Below, in pieces: positions 22,381 through 34,567 of a DNA stretch of 38,546 bases. This DNA is from Trichomonas gallinae (Eukaryota): assembly GCA_008369845.1 (NCBI GenBank), contig MRSU01002557.1:1-38546 (forward strand), read 5' to 3'. The notes under the pieces were generated by a model, which was given only the letters and a program-made list of their open reading frames with translations, had not been told where the DNA came from and searched no databases. The stretch's first letter is position 1, and each line of letters begins with the position of its first letter. A program made the position numbers and the translations under genes.

Positions 22381-23826
22381 ATGGAATATAAAGATGAGTA
22401 TTGTGACCCAATGTTTGGAGTTGCTTTCAACTTGGCTGGTAGAGCCAATACAATCGTTGTCAAGCGCAAAAATGATAATACAGAGGTTCCAATACCAACA
22501 ATCATTCAAGAAATGATCGAAATGCATCAAAATTCTGATGTTGAACACTTTGTATCGCATTTAAACCTACTTTTACATCATGTTCATCGGTTTAATTCGA
22601 ATGAAATACAAATTTTTATAGAATCAAATTTATTAACATTGATATTAACCCTATTAAATACAGAAAATCCTGATCTAAAGCTCGTAATAGTTAGTTTAAT
22701 ACTGAAATTGATCAATTTAAATGATATACAACTTATTATTTATTTAATTCGCGATATTGAGATCTATGAGCGTCTAATTTTACTTCTAGATCCAGCAAAT
22801 GAGAACATAATAAGACTAATTTTACGAATTGTTACCATTTTACTCAACTACGATCACAATTTAAGTGATAGATATATCAGATGTTTAAATCCAGAGATGA
22901 TTCATTACCTTTTAGTTGCAAATATTCCAAGCCAATACGAATTTCTTTATGAATCTACTGTTTTCTTTGAAAATATATTTGAATATTTTCCAAATCCGAA
23001 TCCTGAGAATTCAGATGAATGTGACGAGTGTCGAGACTTCATTGTTGGCTTTTATCAACACGTTAGAGACCTTCTCACTGATTTTGATCAAGATCGAATT
23101 GTTTGTGGATTTATTCTTATTTCTGCGATGTTTCCTGTGTGTACTTCATTGTGGATTGATCATTTTTTAAATGACGAACAAATTAACAACGCAATTGTTA
23201 TACATTGTGATTCATCGAATTTTTATTTGAAACAAAAAGCATTATCAACTTTATACAGTGCGTTGATTTTCAAAATTCCTATCAAAGAATATCCTTTAGT
23301 CAGCATTTTGCACTGTTTAACATGGAATCCTAATAATACTGAAGAAGAAGATCTTCAAATATCGAAAATGAACCATATTAGCTGTATTTCTGCTAAATTA
23401 CTGGATATAATTATTCTTCAGAGTCCAAATTCCATAGAAAAACTAGAAAAAAACGGATTATTGCAAATTATTTTAGAATTTTATCAATATCAAACTTACG
23501 AGTCGAAACCTTCATTCTCGTCATTAATAGCATCATATGTGTTAATGGCAAGTCCAAAAGACAACTTTTTGTTTTTGGTGGAATCTGATTTGCGTAGCTT
23601 CCTTTTCAACGATCTGGAAACAGCCTCTGACGAAAAAAAGTCGAAATACTTGGATGCAATAACCAAGCTCATTGATCAATTAGAAAATGTTTTGGGAAAC
23701 AAATTTATAGAAAATCTTCAAGAGGATGAAGTTGATGCCCTCGAAAAACTCACTGACAGCGAAAATCAAGAAATTTCAGCTAATGCTCAAACTTTATTAG
23801 AAAAAATAGAAAATTACAACTCTTAA
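22381..23826 (+). CDS. Divergent ARM-repeat alpha-solenoid protein
   Basis: 481-aa Leu/Ile-rich helical ORF, C-terminal LEKLTDSENQEISANAQTLL like importin-alpha-type ARM ends. Confidence 0.75.
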   Translation: MEYKDEYCDPMFGVAFNLAGRANTIVVKRKNDNTEVPIPTIIQEMIEMHQNSDVEHFVSHLNLLLHHVHRFNSNEIQIFIESNLLTLILTLLNTENPDLKLVIVSLILKLINLNDIQLIIYLIRDIEIYERLILLLDPANENIIRLILRIVTILLNYDHNLSDRYIRCLNPEMIHYLLVANIPSQYEFLYESTVFFENIFEYFPNPNPENSDECDECRDFIVGFYQHVRDLLTDFDQDRIVCGFILISAMFPVCTSLWIDHFLNDEQINNAIVIHCDSSNFYLKQKALSTLYSALIFKIPIKEYPLVSILHCLTWNPNNTEEEDLQISKMNHISCISAKLLDIIILQSPNSIEKLEKNGLLQIILEFYQYQTYESKPSFSSLIASYVLMASPKDNFLFLVESDLRSFLFNDLETASDEKKSKYLDAITKLIDQLENVLGNKFIENLQEDEVDALEKLTDSENQEISANAQTLLEKIENYNS

Positions 23827-24024
23827 CTTGAATTTGTAAATATATACATGTATGCTATCGAACTACATCATTAATTTTTTGTAGTTTTTTATATTTTTGA
23901 TTTGAAAATTTCAAAATAACCATTCTGTAAGCATTACGATTAGTATTTAAAAGATGTAGTCTTTGATGACGAATTTCAATCAACAAAAATCAGTTTTATC
24001 AATAAAATTAACAACATAACAAAA

Positions 24025-24399
24025 TTAAGCGGTTTCTGGTATCTTTTCTATGTATTTTGCGCGTTCTTCTAATAAATTCTGCAGTCTAATCTCTAATTCA
24101 GAGATTTCTTGAATCATTTTCTGTGTATCATCTTCAGAATTCAATTTTGCAGCGTCATTGTGGCGTTTATTTTCCTGCGTGATTTTCTCCTTGTACATTT
24201 TGATGGTATTTTCGTGCTCGTCGATCCTTCTGTAGAGTTCTTCAATCTCGTTGTTCAATTTATCAACATGAGGCCTTACTGCAGCCTCGAAATGCACGTG
24301 CTCGTCCAATTCTGTGGCTTTCTTGAGAAGAAGCTCGCGTAAATCAGCAAACTCGTCGTTGACTTTTTTCGGTTTTTCGCGAAACGGAGTCTTCTCCAT
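24025..24399 (-). CDS. Small coiled-coil protein
   Basis: 124 aa, E/K-rich heptads, ATG start. Confidence 0.75.
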   Translation of the reverse strand: MEKTPFREKPKKVNDEFADLRELLLKKATELDEHVHFEAAVRPHVDKLNNEIEELYRRIDEHENTIKMYKEKITQENKRHNDAAKLNSEDDTQKMIQEISELEIRLQNLLEERAKYIEKIPETA

Positions 24400-24963
24400 T
24401 ATATTGTAAACGTGTTGAATAAGGTTAAAACTTAAGCTCTGGGATTTTTTCTTTGTTTATTTATGAATTTTGTCTATTTTTACTGTGATTTTTTGTATTT
24501 CGAAAAAACTAAATAAATAGATCCATTATTATAATAGGTTACTATTTCATTTTTATCAAAAATTTTGAGATTTACTTTATTATTTATTGATATAACCATT
24601 GAATTTGCTAAAACTAAAAGAGATATGCATATAAAACGACTATTATTTAACTTTATGCTATCTCACAATTTAATATCTACTGTTTAAGTACATAATTTTA
24701 GGTAAAATAACAAAGATATGATTTCTATTTTGATAATTAACTTAATAAATCATCATTAAATACATAAAATTCGTTATAAAATTTGTAAATATAGCTAGTA
24801 ATGAATAGTATAAGCATATTTTTCTCATTTGAAATAAAATTGAAAAATATATCACAATTTTTGCATGTATGAATCTGAATGATGAGAAGGTAATGAAAAA
24901 ATGGAGAATTTTCGACAATAACGAAATATACTTTTATAAATTGAACATAAAAATATAAAATTT

Positions 24964-27618
24964 CTAATTCGATGGTTGAGCTGTCATGATATCAGTAGCG
25001 AGAGTATCACAGATTGGAATCAACCTCTTGTTGGCATCTTCGACACCCTTCAAAGCAACCTTCAAATCGTCTTTGACAGTCGAGTCGCCAAAAGTAATTC
25101 TTGTTGCGACGGCATCGATGATCTCTGCGTTCGCTTTGAGTGACATCGCGATGTTCTTGAAGCCAGAGAAGGAGCTGATCATGTAGGAGATGTCTACGAG
25201 CTTGATTGCGACATTGAATGCGTTGACGTAGTGCTGTACTGGGTCTTCAAGCAACTGATTGATCAACTGGATGATGCCTGGAATCATAGCGCGCGAGATA
25301 ATTCCGCAAACAGCTGGGATTTCGAGATTGGAGTCCCTGAAGATATCGTGTACGTAAGGGATCATCTTTGTGATGTTCTCGATGACCTTAGCGCACCTCT
25401 GGATGCTCTGCCTGACGTCCTTATGATTTGGAGCGTTGACGAAAATCTGCTCGCACTCCCAAGTAATGTCATTAGCGTCCTTGAATGCAGCAGTGATGTA
25501 CTTGAACAAGTCAGTGATGTATGACCTGTAGTAGACACCATATGGAGGTGGCTTGGCGAGTAATGTGTTGAGATTGCTGATAGACTTTGTTGCATCATCC
25601 CTGAGTCTCCTGCTCTTGTCTGAGCCTTGAGAGATGAACTGAAGCATCTGTGACATAGCCTTTGTGAGAAGTTCGCCCTCGTGCATCGCCTGCATCTGTA
25701 TAGCGAGTCTGTATCCGTGCGAGAACTTTGTGAAGATCTGGGAATATGTGTCTAATAATTGGACAACAGACTGTGTTTGCTCTGTCTTAGGAACAACAGT
25801 AAGAATTGCTGTCATCGCGAGGCCAATGTTGTAGTTCTGGTCTAGGCACTGGACGATTGACTCTGGGTCGTTTTGGTTGACTTCTGTTGGCATTCTTTCT
25901 TCTGATTCGATAATTACTTTGACAGCAATGGCAAGAACTGTTTGCGCGAGTTTGTCTGTCTGTGGGACTAGTGTAGAAACCAGTTCCATCAATGAAACAA
26001 TTGTACTTTTCTCTTCTCTGAATAAACTTCCGTTTTTGAGCGCTAATCCTGCTCTGACTGCATCGAGAGCTTCGATAATGACTGGATCGTTGTCCAATGA
26101 GCAGAGAGCGAATATTAAGCGAATGCTGCACATGGCTACATATGTTCTGATGCATGTTGATGTTTTAGATTGCTGAAGCATGTACAAAGACTGAATGAAT
26201 TGTGTGTATTCGTAGAAGATGTTGGCTCTCTGGCGTCCATAACGCTTCTGTAAGGCTGGGCTGGCAGTAGATTGAATAATTTGTGTCATATCTTCGTTGA
26301 ATTTCGTAAAATGCTGCTCGATTCCGTAGCATTCTGTGAGAACTTTGTCTGTTTCGATCTGATCGTTGAATAAATTCCATGTTAAGAGGACTTGAGCCTT
26401 GATGAAAGGCAAAGCCTTCTGTGTGAGGTCAGATTCGAATTTGTTGTTGAATGTCTGGAATTGCTTGAATCTCTGGTCCTTCTGGATGGCGTAAACAACG
26501 TCATCTAAGTTGTCTTTAAATGATGACATCAACGAGATCAAAGTTTCGAATGTTTCAGTGAGTCTGCCTGTAACAATGGTACTGTATGGTGGTGGAACAA
26601 CCTCTGCGATTGCGTGCAATGTTGCCATCAAGGGTTTGAGAGATCCTTCGATTTCATTGTAAGCTTTCTTGACATCTTCGATGTCTTCGTTGAACTTACC
26701 TCTGAATCTCATCAAACTCGTCATCTTTGATGTGATAACATAGAACCTGACGAGGAGTTGATCCAAAATTCCTTGGATTGTCTGGAAAGAGCTTGGATTG
26801 TATTTCATAAGCTTTGTTGAGATCAAAATAACCTTTGTCATGATGTCATTTAATGATTTCAAGTAATTCGAAAATTTGTTAAAATCTGCTTCGACATACA
26901 AAGATGTGAAATGTGTGCTGACTTGATCGGCCAAATAGTTGAAGAGTTTTGTGCACATTGGGATGTTCGTCATTGTTGTTTCGTGAAGCTGTTCGTATTG
27001 AACTTGATATTGCATAACTTGTGAAGGATTTCTGATGAATGTGTTGATGATTGTTTCACAGAGCTTGCAGAGGGTGTTGATGTTGTCAATGACAAGCTTA
27101 AACTGTCCAAAAGTCTGTTGCAAATTATATTCAGGTGGAAGAATAGAAACTTCCATGTCTGAATACTGATTAATCTCCGACATGTGCTCTGTGTATTCCC
27201 TGATCTTCTTTAAGCCGTCGTTGATTGCGTCTGCACTGATTTTGCTTTGGAAAAAGTCATAAAGAATCAAATTCGTGTCATTTATGACATTTCCCAAGTC
27301 TTCCAAGAGCCTAGCAAGAAGCTTGTAGTAAATAGTTATAGCTGCAGCGCTTGAAATATATTGAACAGTTTTTGCTGGATTGTTGTTAACAGATGGTAAA
27401 CCAAATACCATGGCATAGTTTAAGACGCTCTGTGAAACTATCTGTGAACCAAGCTCAGTAACTGACTTGTCCCAGTTATTTTGTTGAACAGTTGCCTTAA
27501 TAAGCTGTGCGCCAAGAGAATAAGCTGTTAATTGGACTGTCACGGTCTCAGGTGTGTTGCCTGACTTGGTGGCAGCGTTGCTGATGGCTTCTATGAGCTC
27601 CGGAGAAGGAATCGGCAT
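24964..27618 (-). CDS. Large all-alpha-helical hypothetical protein
   Basis: Long biased-codon ORF; coding-like composition starts at ATG 27618 (MPIPSPELIE); upstream in-frame part is AT-rich. Confidence 0.85.
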   Translation of the reverse strand: MPIPSPELIEAISNAATKSGNTPETVTVQLTAYSLGAQLIKATVQQNNWDKSVTELGSQIVSQSVLNYAMVFGLPSVNNNPAKTVQYISSAAAITIYYKLLARLLEDLGNVINDTNLILYDFFQSKISADAINDGLKKIREYTEHMSEINQYSDMEVSILPPEYNLQQTFGQFKLVIDNINTLCKLCETIINTFIRNPSQVMQYQVQYEQLHETTMTNIPMCTKLFNYLADQVSTHFTSLYVEADFNKFSNYLKSLNDIMTKVILISTKLMKYNPSSFQTIQGILDQLLVRFYVITSKMTSLMRFRGKFNEDIEDVKKAYNEIEGSLKPLMATLHAIAEVVPPPYSTIVTGRLTETFETLISLMSSFKDNLDDVVYAIQKDQRFKQFQTFNNKFESDLTQKALPFIKAQVLLTWNLFNDQIETDKVLTECYGIEQHFTKFNEDMTQIIQSTASPALQKRYGRQRANIFYEYTQFIQSLYMLQQSKTSTCIRTYVAMCSIRLIFALCSLDNDPVIIEALDAVRAGLALKNGSLFREEKSTIVSLMELVSTLVPQTDKLAQTVLAIAVKVIIESEERMPTEVNQNDPESIVQCLDQNYNIGLAMTAILTVVPKTEQTQSVVQLLDTYSQIFTKFSHGYRLAIQMQAMHEGELLTKAMSQMLQFISQGSDKSRRLRDDATKSISNLNTLLAKPPPYGVYYRSYITDLFKYITAAFKDANDITWECEQIFVNAPNHKDVRQSIQRCAKVIENITKMIPYVHDIFRDSNLEIPAVCGIISRAMIPGIIQLINQLLEDPVQHYVNAFNVAIKLVDISYMISSFSGFKNIAMSLKANAEIIDAVATRITFGDSTVKDDLKVALKGVEDANKRLIPICDTLATDIMTAQPSN

Positions 27619-28455
27619 AAATAAATTTATGTAAAAATTTATGTAAAAAATAAAATTTGAAATTCTGCTTATCTCAATAAATAGCATATATTGTTTTTTC
27701 TGTAAAATATTTTTATGCTCACAAATATTCAAAAAGTGACAATTTTAAAAGTACAAAACATATTTAGAACCACATATATCATTTATGCGCGCAAATTATT
27801 TTTTGTAAACTTCTCAAAAATGTAAAATATATATCGTTGGGATATTATTAAAGAACTACAATTTACATATGATAATACATCTATTTTGCGTTGAAAATGG
27901 TACATATTGATATAAAATACCATTATAATATGAAAAAGCATATTTTTCTTAGTAGAAATACCCATACATTAGTCATGAAGTGCCATTTGAAGTGAGATCG
28001 AGTTTCATTTTTTGGATTTGATATTAGCGGGAATCAATTTTATCGAGTTTAGTCCTCATGATCTTATAAATTGGCTCCAATATAACGTACGTAGTGATAT
28101 TAATAGCCCAAAATGAATATATTTAAGAATTGTTCTGGAGGATTTGAGATTTTTCTATTATATCATTAATTTGCCCAGTACTCGCTGGAATTAAGCTAGA
28201 CTCCCTATAATAAATTGATTTGCGCCGTTAATTATAGGATAAGATTAACTGTGATGCCAATTGCCAAATTCAAATAAAAAGGCGCGCGTAATATCAAATA
28301 AATCGCATATGTTGTTAACTTAATGTGCATTTATTCCAAATCCTATAAATAAATGGTTATCCGGCACAATTTAATTTAAACATAAACGAAATTGTGCGTT
28401 TATTACAAATCTCTTATTCAATTAGCTAATAAAACTTCATGTTATCATAAATCAA

Positions 28456-28867
28456 AAGTTTAAAGTTAGTCAAGCCGCTTACTCACTCGAGTTATTTGGT
28501 TATCGTCTTGGAAAAAATGCAGATGGGAGGATTATCACTTTATGTCTGGCCTGCGGTGGAAGATATCACTATGAATCACATAGTATACCAGTACATCACG
28601 CATAATATCAACGCTGAATAATTTTTTAATAGAGTAACAGATCTTGCAAAACCTTTTCATTGGCTATTCTGCATTGTGCTTAATAATGTTAAGGCAAAAA
28701 TTTCCAAATATATGAATTTATTTCGAACTCTTGAATCGAAATTCATTGCCTACTGTGTGCTTCATTGTCGAAACCACGATGAACTCGTTTATATTGTGGA
28801 GAAGCATGAGTTTATCAAGTCAAATCATATTTATTGGCTTCAACCCAAAATTGGCGAAATTATTTAA
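28456..28867 (+). mobile_element. Possible decayed transposase fragment (BED-finger/hAT-like)
   Basis: CLACGGRYHYESHSIPVHHA* then, after stops and a frameshift, KFIAYCVLH..YIVEKHEFIK; no TIR or TSD identified. Confidence 0.25.
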
Positions 28868-29835
28868 TATATAAGGAAATTAAAATCGCATAATTATATT
28901 AATGGAATGATGAGGATGTTGTTTATAAGAAAATATTTAGGAATTAAGGCGTTGCTGAAATGGCCATCCTGGAAACATGTGAATGATAAGCAATTAGGAA
29001 ATGTAAATCGTTTATATGGCATCCAAGTAGCAGAAAACAAGAGTGATCACGCTGATTATGGATTAGATCAATTCATGATTTCTACTTTTACGCAAAAAAT
29101 TGCAGAGAACTACTCTATACAAGTGTATTAGCAAATCGTTAATAAAAGAACCGCACTAAAGGCAATTTATTCATGTCCCAACAGTTTGTCGGTAAAAAAT
29201 AAATCTAATATGCATAAATATGCATATATATTGCAATTAACTAAAAGTTATAAAAAATTAGTTTCATTAGAGACAGGATTTTTCAGTAAAATCAAAATGT
29301 CCATTGAAATCGCAGAAATTTACTGAATCTCTGACACGTAAATTCGCTTTTCTGACACGAGAAACTCATTGAAAAAATCCAAAGCTTTTGAACATTCTGG
29401 TGCAAAGCCAAAGACAAACAAAATTAGCCAACTTTCCAAAAATTGAAAACGAAGTTTTGTATTGGTCTTTCAATCCTTTTTCTGAGAGATAAAATATCAA
29501 CGAACATCGGTTCAAAACAACTTTTTATAATATTGATCTATTATTGCTGAATTACTTTATTTATGTCAAAAGTATGGATTTTCTCTTTTAAAGGGAAAAT
29601 TTGTTACCATGGAATAAACTGTCGATTTATTAATGTTCCAGTTCTATTTAGTATTTACCCGTTTCAAGTGCAAAAATTGTCTGTACTGAATATTTCAATT
29701 AATTCAAAATATGTTTCAATTTCAGAAAAATTCTCAGAAACATTTTATTCGCAAATTCCGTCATTTTAATGCTCTATTGATAATATAAAAATGACATATA
29801 AAAAGTCTTAGTGGCCGGATACATAAACATTTTTC

Positions 29836-30291
29836 ATGATTGATAATTCCCAGAGCAGACTCCTTATTAAGGTGATCTCCAACAGAGATGGTTCCAGGAT
29901 GTGCGCGGTTGATCCCAACATGTGCATTTCCTCTTTGAGGAAATCTCAAGCTGAAAATGATATTTTTGTATATAAAGGTCAAATGTTATTAGATAATTTA
30001 ACCTTTAAATACTATAGCATTAATGATGGAGACATAATATGTTCTCTAACACGCTCTGAAAAGACTAGAGACCATAGAATTCGTGAGCTTGAGAGGCTTC
30101 GAATGGTCGATGTCGGTATTAATAAACTGTATGGCAATCATATACTATACAGGAAGGCATCGATCGAGTGGATTAAGGTATATCAGGATAAATTGGTTGG
30201 TAATGCTCCAATTCAACCACCAAAATTTATTGTTCCTGAAAAGCTCTCAGCTCCATCAGCAACTCCTCTTCCCTCATTTTGGGGTAAGTAA
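29836..30291 (+). CDS. Ubiquitin-like domain protein
   Basis: IFVYKGQMLLDNLTFKYYSINDGDII fits the ubiquitin-fold pattern; no diglycine; Pro-rich tail PSATPLPSFW. Confidence 0.75.
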   Translation: MIDNSQSRLLIKVISNRDGSRMCAVDPNMCISSLRKSQAENDIFVYKGQMLLDNLTFKYYSINDGDIICSLTRSEKTRDHRIRELERLRMVDVGINKLYGNHILYRKASIEWIKVYQDKLVGNAPIQPPKFIVPEKLSAPSATPLPSFWGK

Positions 30292-31621
30292 TATATTATA
30301 GTTTATGTTTGTAATAATAAATTAGATTTTTCTCTAATTGGATTCTCTATTTACTAGAGAAGGTTTCATTGCCTTCACATCTCACGTTTATCTAACGGCA
30401 CATAGAATTCAAGAGTATTATCGAATTTCGCAATTTTTATTTCTCTTTTCCGCGCCTCCATTACTATAGGTTTTGTTACATCATTAACAAATAATCAATT
30501 TCATGCATGTGTTGTAATGTGTTTCGCTAAATCATATGGTTTTCGAATTTAATAACATCATATTTTCATATAGTCTATGTATATTTTTGTTACTTACGAT
30601 ATACTAACCTATATTTTTTGATTTATCTATGTCCTTATACCTCATCAAAAATTGTTCATAAAATGAATAAGGGGATCATTCCGTTTATTTTTCAGATAAT
30701 GGCTCTACACAGCGATGCAATGTTGTTTACATCTAGAAAATAAAGGTTGTAAGTGCAATCGTTTTGCATCACGTGTGGATGCGTATATTCTCTTCAATCT
30801 TTGATATTGTGCTTCTCCACATTGAGGTCACCATGATATAGCGTTTATATGGTCTCAATATCATTATTTTTTTGAACTTTTTTAGATTGATTTTAATGCT
30901 AAAAATCATTTAAGCTCATGTTAATTATCATATTTTTCGTTCACAATTTAACCAAAACTTATAATTTTCAAAAAAATATAATATATTGAATTCATCTAAA
31001 TATCACCGGATATAGATGATATAAATCTCCTTATAACAACTATACGATTCCCATGAGTTGATTGCAAATTAAATATCATATTTGAAATTTTCATAGTTTT
31101 CTATGAAACGGATATATAAATAGCAGAAAAATCTATGTTTAAAGTATTAAATTTTGATTTTCATGTTTTGAAAATTTCCAAATTTGGAATGAGGTAGCAT
31201 TTTAAATGGATTAAGCATAATATTACAAATCTATATATAACAACAAACCTTTCCAATTTTGAGTGTTAACATTCCAAATTTCCATTTTTGCTATAATAGC
31301 CTTTAACTATGCATGTTATATATATTATACGATTATCTTAATCTGTTGCTAACTCAAAAATCTGGAATACGCTCATCGACAACCAAAAAAATTTTAAAGT
31401 CGTAAAGAAAACTTTACAATTTGACTGAAAACAAAAATTTACCAAATTTGTGTGGATTTATTGTCTTTAAAGCGATTTACGATGTTTTAATGTTAAAACC
31501 GCCAAACCTTTATCACTCTTCATCACAAAAAACGTCACTTTTCTTCACAAATTAAGGTTATTTTTCTAAGATTTTTTTCTGAGATTTTTGAAAACATATA
31601 GAAAACAGAACAACAGAAAAA

Positions 31622-34093
31622 ATGCCTATGATCTCTTTTTCCGGTATTATTATGTCATGTGCCACCTTCTGGCAGAACATTGGCATAAGTATCAGCTTCC
31701 CTGAGGTCCCTGTGCCGGATTCAATCAAACGCATTTTTACAATATTACAAAATTTTTATAACGACATTCTTTTCAACTTAATACCTAAAATTCCTAAATT
31801 CGACAAGCGCGCTCAACTAGTTATTCTATCATTAGGCCTCACTATCGTTTTAGATGTTACTATTATGTGGTTTGTTAATCCAGTTTGGCAGACATTTATA
31901 CATTTGGGTGATATGGTTGCATTCGGTGTCCTCGGATACTTCATGACACAAGGTTTAATGCTCGGTTTTAACACAGTCAGTTATATAGCAATCGGCGTTT
32001 CTGCTGCATGGCTTCTCGTGAGACTATTTTTCAAGATGAAAGAATACTGCGGCAGAGAAAACAATCTATCACACATAGCTGATGATTTAACGAGATATTA
32101 TTTGAATGGAATTGTTCCAGGCGTCGAAAAGGTTGATGACCTTGACGTCGTTAACCAGAGGCTTCAGAGATATTCAGGGCTTATCGAGCTCATTCCGCAA
32201 AAGCCTCCGTGCTGGATTTTATTTTTGCAATTCATCTTTGGTTGTTTTTTCATCGCGGCCGGTCTATGGTTTAGCAATATATACCAGATTCCAGGTATAA
32301 CATTACCGCCGCTAGTTGCAATGTTTGGCCAGTATATTTGTTATATTGTTGGCTCTTTCATGCTTATTCTTTTCTTCCTCAAGTTGTGTGAATGCTCTCG
32401 CAAGGTTCTCTTCAAGATTAAGAAGTTTATCAAGAGATGGGGCTTAAGACTTTTGATGCTCGCATTAGATCTTTTGTATATTCCTATTTTGACGTCATTC
32501 GTCACACAGGTCACACCAGTACATACCGGCTGCGATAGAGGCTACATGTTCCACGTAAATTACGGAACAGGCAGATGGGATTATCTCGAAAATCACTCAC
32601 ATGTTTGCATTCCATGTGGACGCACAATTGAAAACAACTTCAATGGCTATTGGGATGCTTTAATTAACAATACTCTCCCTAAGTTCGTAGAAGAACATCC
32701 GAATATAACTAATTTCACATTAGGCTTCGTTAATTCCAGCCTTAATTATGATTACCCAGTGATGGGAGATGATGCAATCTTCTGCAATAACATGTGCTAC
32801 GCAGGAAAGACCCTGTTTATGCTTGAAGCAGATACATCTCTTTATTGGATCAGAGAAGTCCTCCAGGTCAACGGTGGATCTATTCTTTTCACGATCTTGT
32901 TCATTATGTTCGGCGTTCCATTCCTTTATCGCTCACTCATCAAATCGAATTCTTCAATCATGAAAGATATGAAAGTTTTCGGCAACGATGAGCGTGAGAA
33001 GTGGCGCAATGCTGCAATGAGACTCCATACTACCGGTATTTTCTTATTCGCCGAGTTTATGTCTGTCAACGTTTTCTGGTCCGTCGGCGTCTTGTTCTAT
33101 AAGTTCGTTGTCATGCTTCTTACAACACTGACAATGTCTGTTAACCCATTCATTCTTTTCGCTCTGCCGGCTGTTTATTTAATTATGTTCATCGTTTTGT
33201 GCAGGAGAAGACCACACATGAACAAATTCAACAACGTTCTCGATGGTATTCTTTACTTCCTCAACTTCCTTTACTCATTCGTTCCAATCTTGGCATTGAA
33301 TGGAATCAAGATTCCTGCGAAATACTTAATTCCGTTCTCTTTCGCTATTTTGGTCATTCCATTCATTTCCATCGCCTATTTCGTCATCGTGTCAATGTGC
33401 GCTAAGCCAACAGACGATGATCCAACAGTTATTCGCAAACTATCTGACGAAGAGCTCGCCGAAAGAGCAGAGAGAATCAAGGCGAACAAGAGGAAGAGAC
33501 TCGGCAAGAGAGGCAAGAAGGGAAAGAAGAACAAAAAGAACAAGAAGAATAAATCAGATCCATTCTGCTTGGATGATATCACAGACTCAAGTGATCAGCC
33601 AGAGGCTTATGCTGCACCACCCGGCTATCCAGCGTACAATTACAACAGCTACAATTACAATTACAACGCAAATGACCAGATGATGTACAACCAGTATAAC
33701 GCAAACGTTCAACAGAATAATCCTCTTTCGCTTAACATGAATAAGCCAGTCATTCAACTGCAGAACTTGGGAGAAATCGATGAAACAGATTATTTGCCAG
33801 AAGATTACACAACAGTTACCATGGAGCAGATAGAGTCAATCAACAGATTCAGGCATCTATCACAGGAAGAGAACAAGACATTCAAGGTCAACAAGATCGT
33901 TCTCGCACAGAGAATGACTGAGATGTACGACAAGTTCGATTTAATCATCGATGGATCAACCATTGGTAAGCTCGCGAACTTCCTAACAACAGCTGTTCTC
34001 TTCTCTGCTGGCGCTTTGGGTTGGTTCATTGCTGGCATGATGATCAGATATGAACAGAGAGTAACAGCAGTTTGCACAAGATACCTTTCTTAG
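31622..34093 (+). CDS. Multi-pass membrane protein with Cys-containing luminal loop and Lys-rich and Tyr/Asn-rich segments
   Basis: 823-aa ORF with more than ten hydrophobic segments and N-glycosylation sequons (NHS, NIT, NFT, NSS) in the large loop. Confidence 0.85.
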   Translation: MPMISFSGIIMSCATFWQNIGISISFPEVPVPDSIKRIFTILQNFYNDILFNLIPKIPKFDKRAQLVILSLGLTIVLDVTIMWFVNPVWQTFIHLGDMVAFGVLGYFMTQGLMLGFNTVSYIAIGVSAAWLLVRLFFKMKEYCGRENNLSHIADDLTRYYLNGIVPGVEKVDDLDVVNQRLQRYSGLIELIPQKPPCWILFLQFIFGCFFIAAGLWFSNIYQIPGITLPPLVAMFGQYICYIVGSFMLILFFLKLCECSRKVLFKIKKFIKRWGLRLLMLALDLLYIPILTSFVTQVTPVHTGCDRGYMFHVNYGTGRWDYLENHSHVCIPCGRTIENNFNGYWDALINNTLPKFVEEHPNITNFTLGFVNSSLNYDYPVMGDDAIFCNNMCYAGKTLFMLEADTSLYWIREVLQVNGGSILFTILFIMFGVPFLYRSLIKSNSSIMKDMKVFGNDEREKWRNAAMRLHTTGIFLFAEFMSVNVFWSVGVLFYKFVVMLLTTLTMSVNPFILFALPAVYLIMFIVLCRRRPHMNKFNNVLDGILYFLNFLYSFVPILALNGIKIPAKYLIPFSFAILVIPFISIAYFVIVSMCAKPTDDDPTVIRKLSDEELAERAERIKANKRKRLGKRGKKGKKNKKNKKNKSDPFCLDDITDSSDQPEAYAAPPGYPAYNYNSYNYNYNANDQMMYNQYNANVQQNNPLSLNMNKPVIQLQNLGEIDETDYLPEDYTTVTMEQIESINRFRHLSQEENKTFKVNKIVLAQRMTEMYDKFDLIIDGSTIGKLANFLTTAVLFSAGALGWFIAGMMIRYEQRVTAVCTRYLS

Positions 34094-34567
34094 ATTATAT
34101 AATTCTAAGATTCAATATATTTTGTTTTTAATAAATGTTTATTTCTTTGTTATAATTCTCATTTTTTGGCTAAGACATAATATATTCTCTAAACACAAAG
34201 TCTTAAAAATGAATTTTTCGAAAACAATATAATTTTATTCATCGAGAAAAACATTAAGCAAATTATAACGATATAATTTATACTGTCAGCTTATTACCTT
34301 TAAAATTCAAAAATTATTAATTCAATTTATATTTTTGAATTTTTTTCTAATTTAACTGTTTTGATTGGCGTTATTAGGATGAGTATATTGGATTTAAGAG
34401 AAAGTTATTGCTTGATTCGATATTTTTGAATTTCGAAATATTAAAATAAGAGATTTTGCATGTACCAATAGTTGTATTAACAATTATAATTTAATATATC
34501 TTCAAACAGATGAGTGAATAAACAAACTTTTTTTGTTTGTGATCAAATATTGACTATAAAAGCAAAA

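Noticed and set aside
27619..27732. N-terminal extension of the 922-aa ORF
   Set aside because: Starts at TTG, AT-rich and promoter-like; coding character starts at ATG 27618.
30400..30850. Possible minus-strand ankyrin remnant and an ACTAAC branch-point-like motif
   Set aside because: Similarity too weak; ACTAAC is not followed by the ACACAG 3' splice motif and lies outside a gene.
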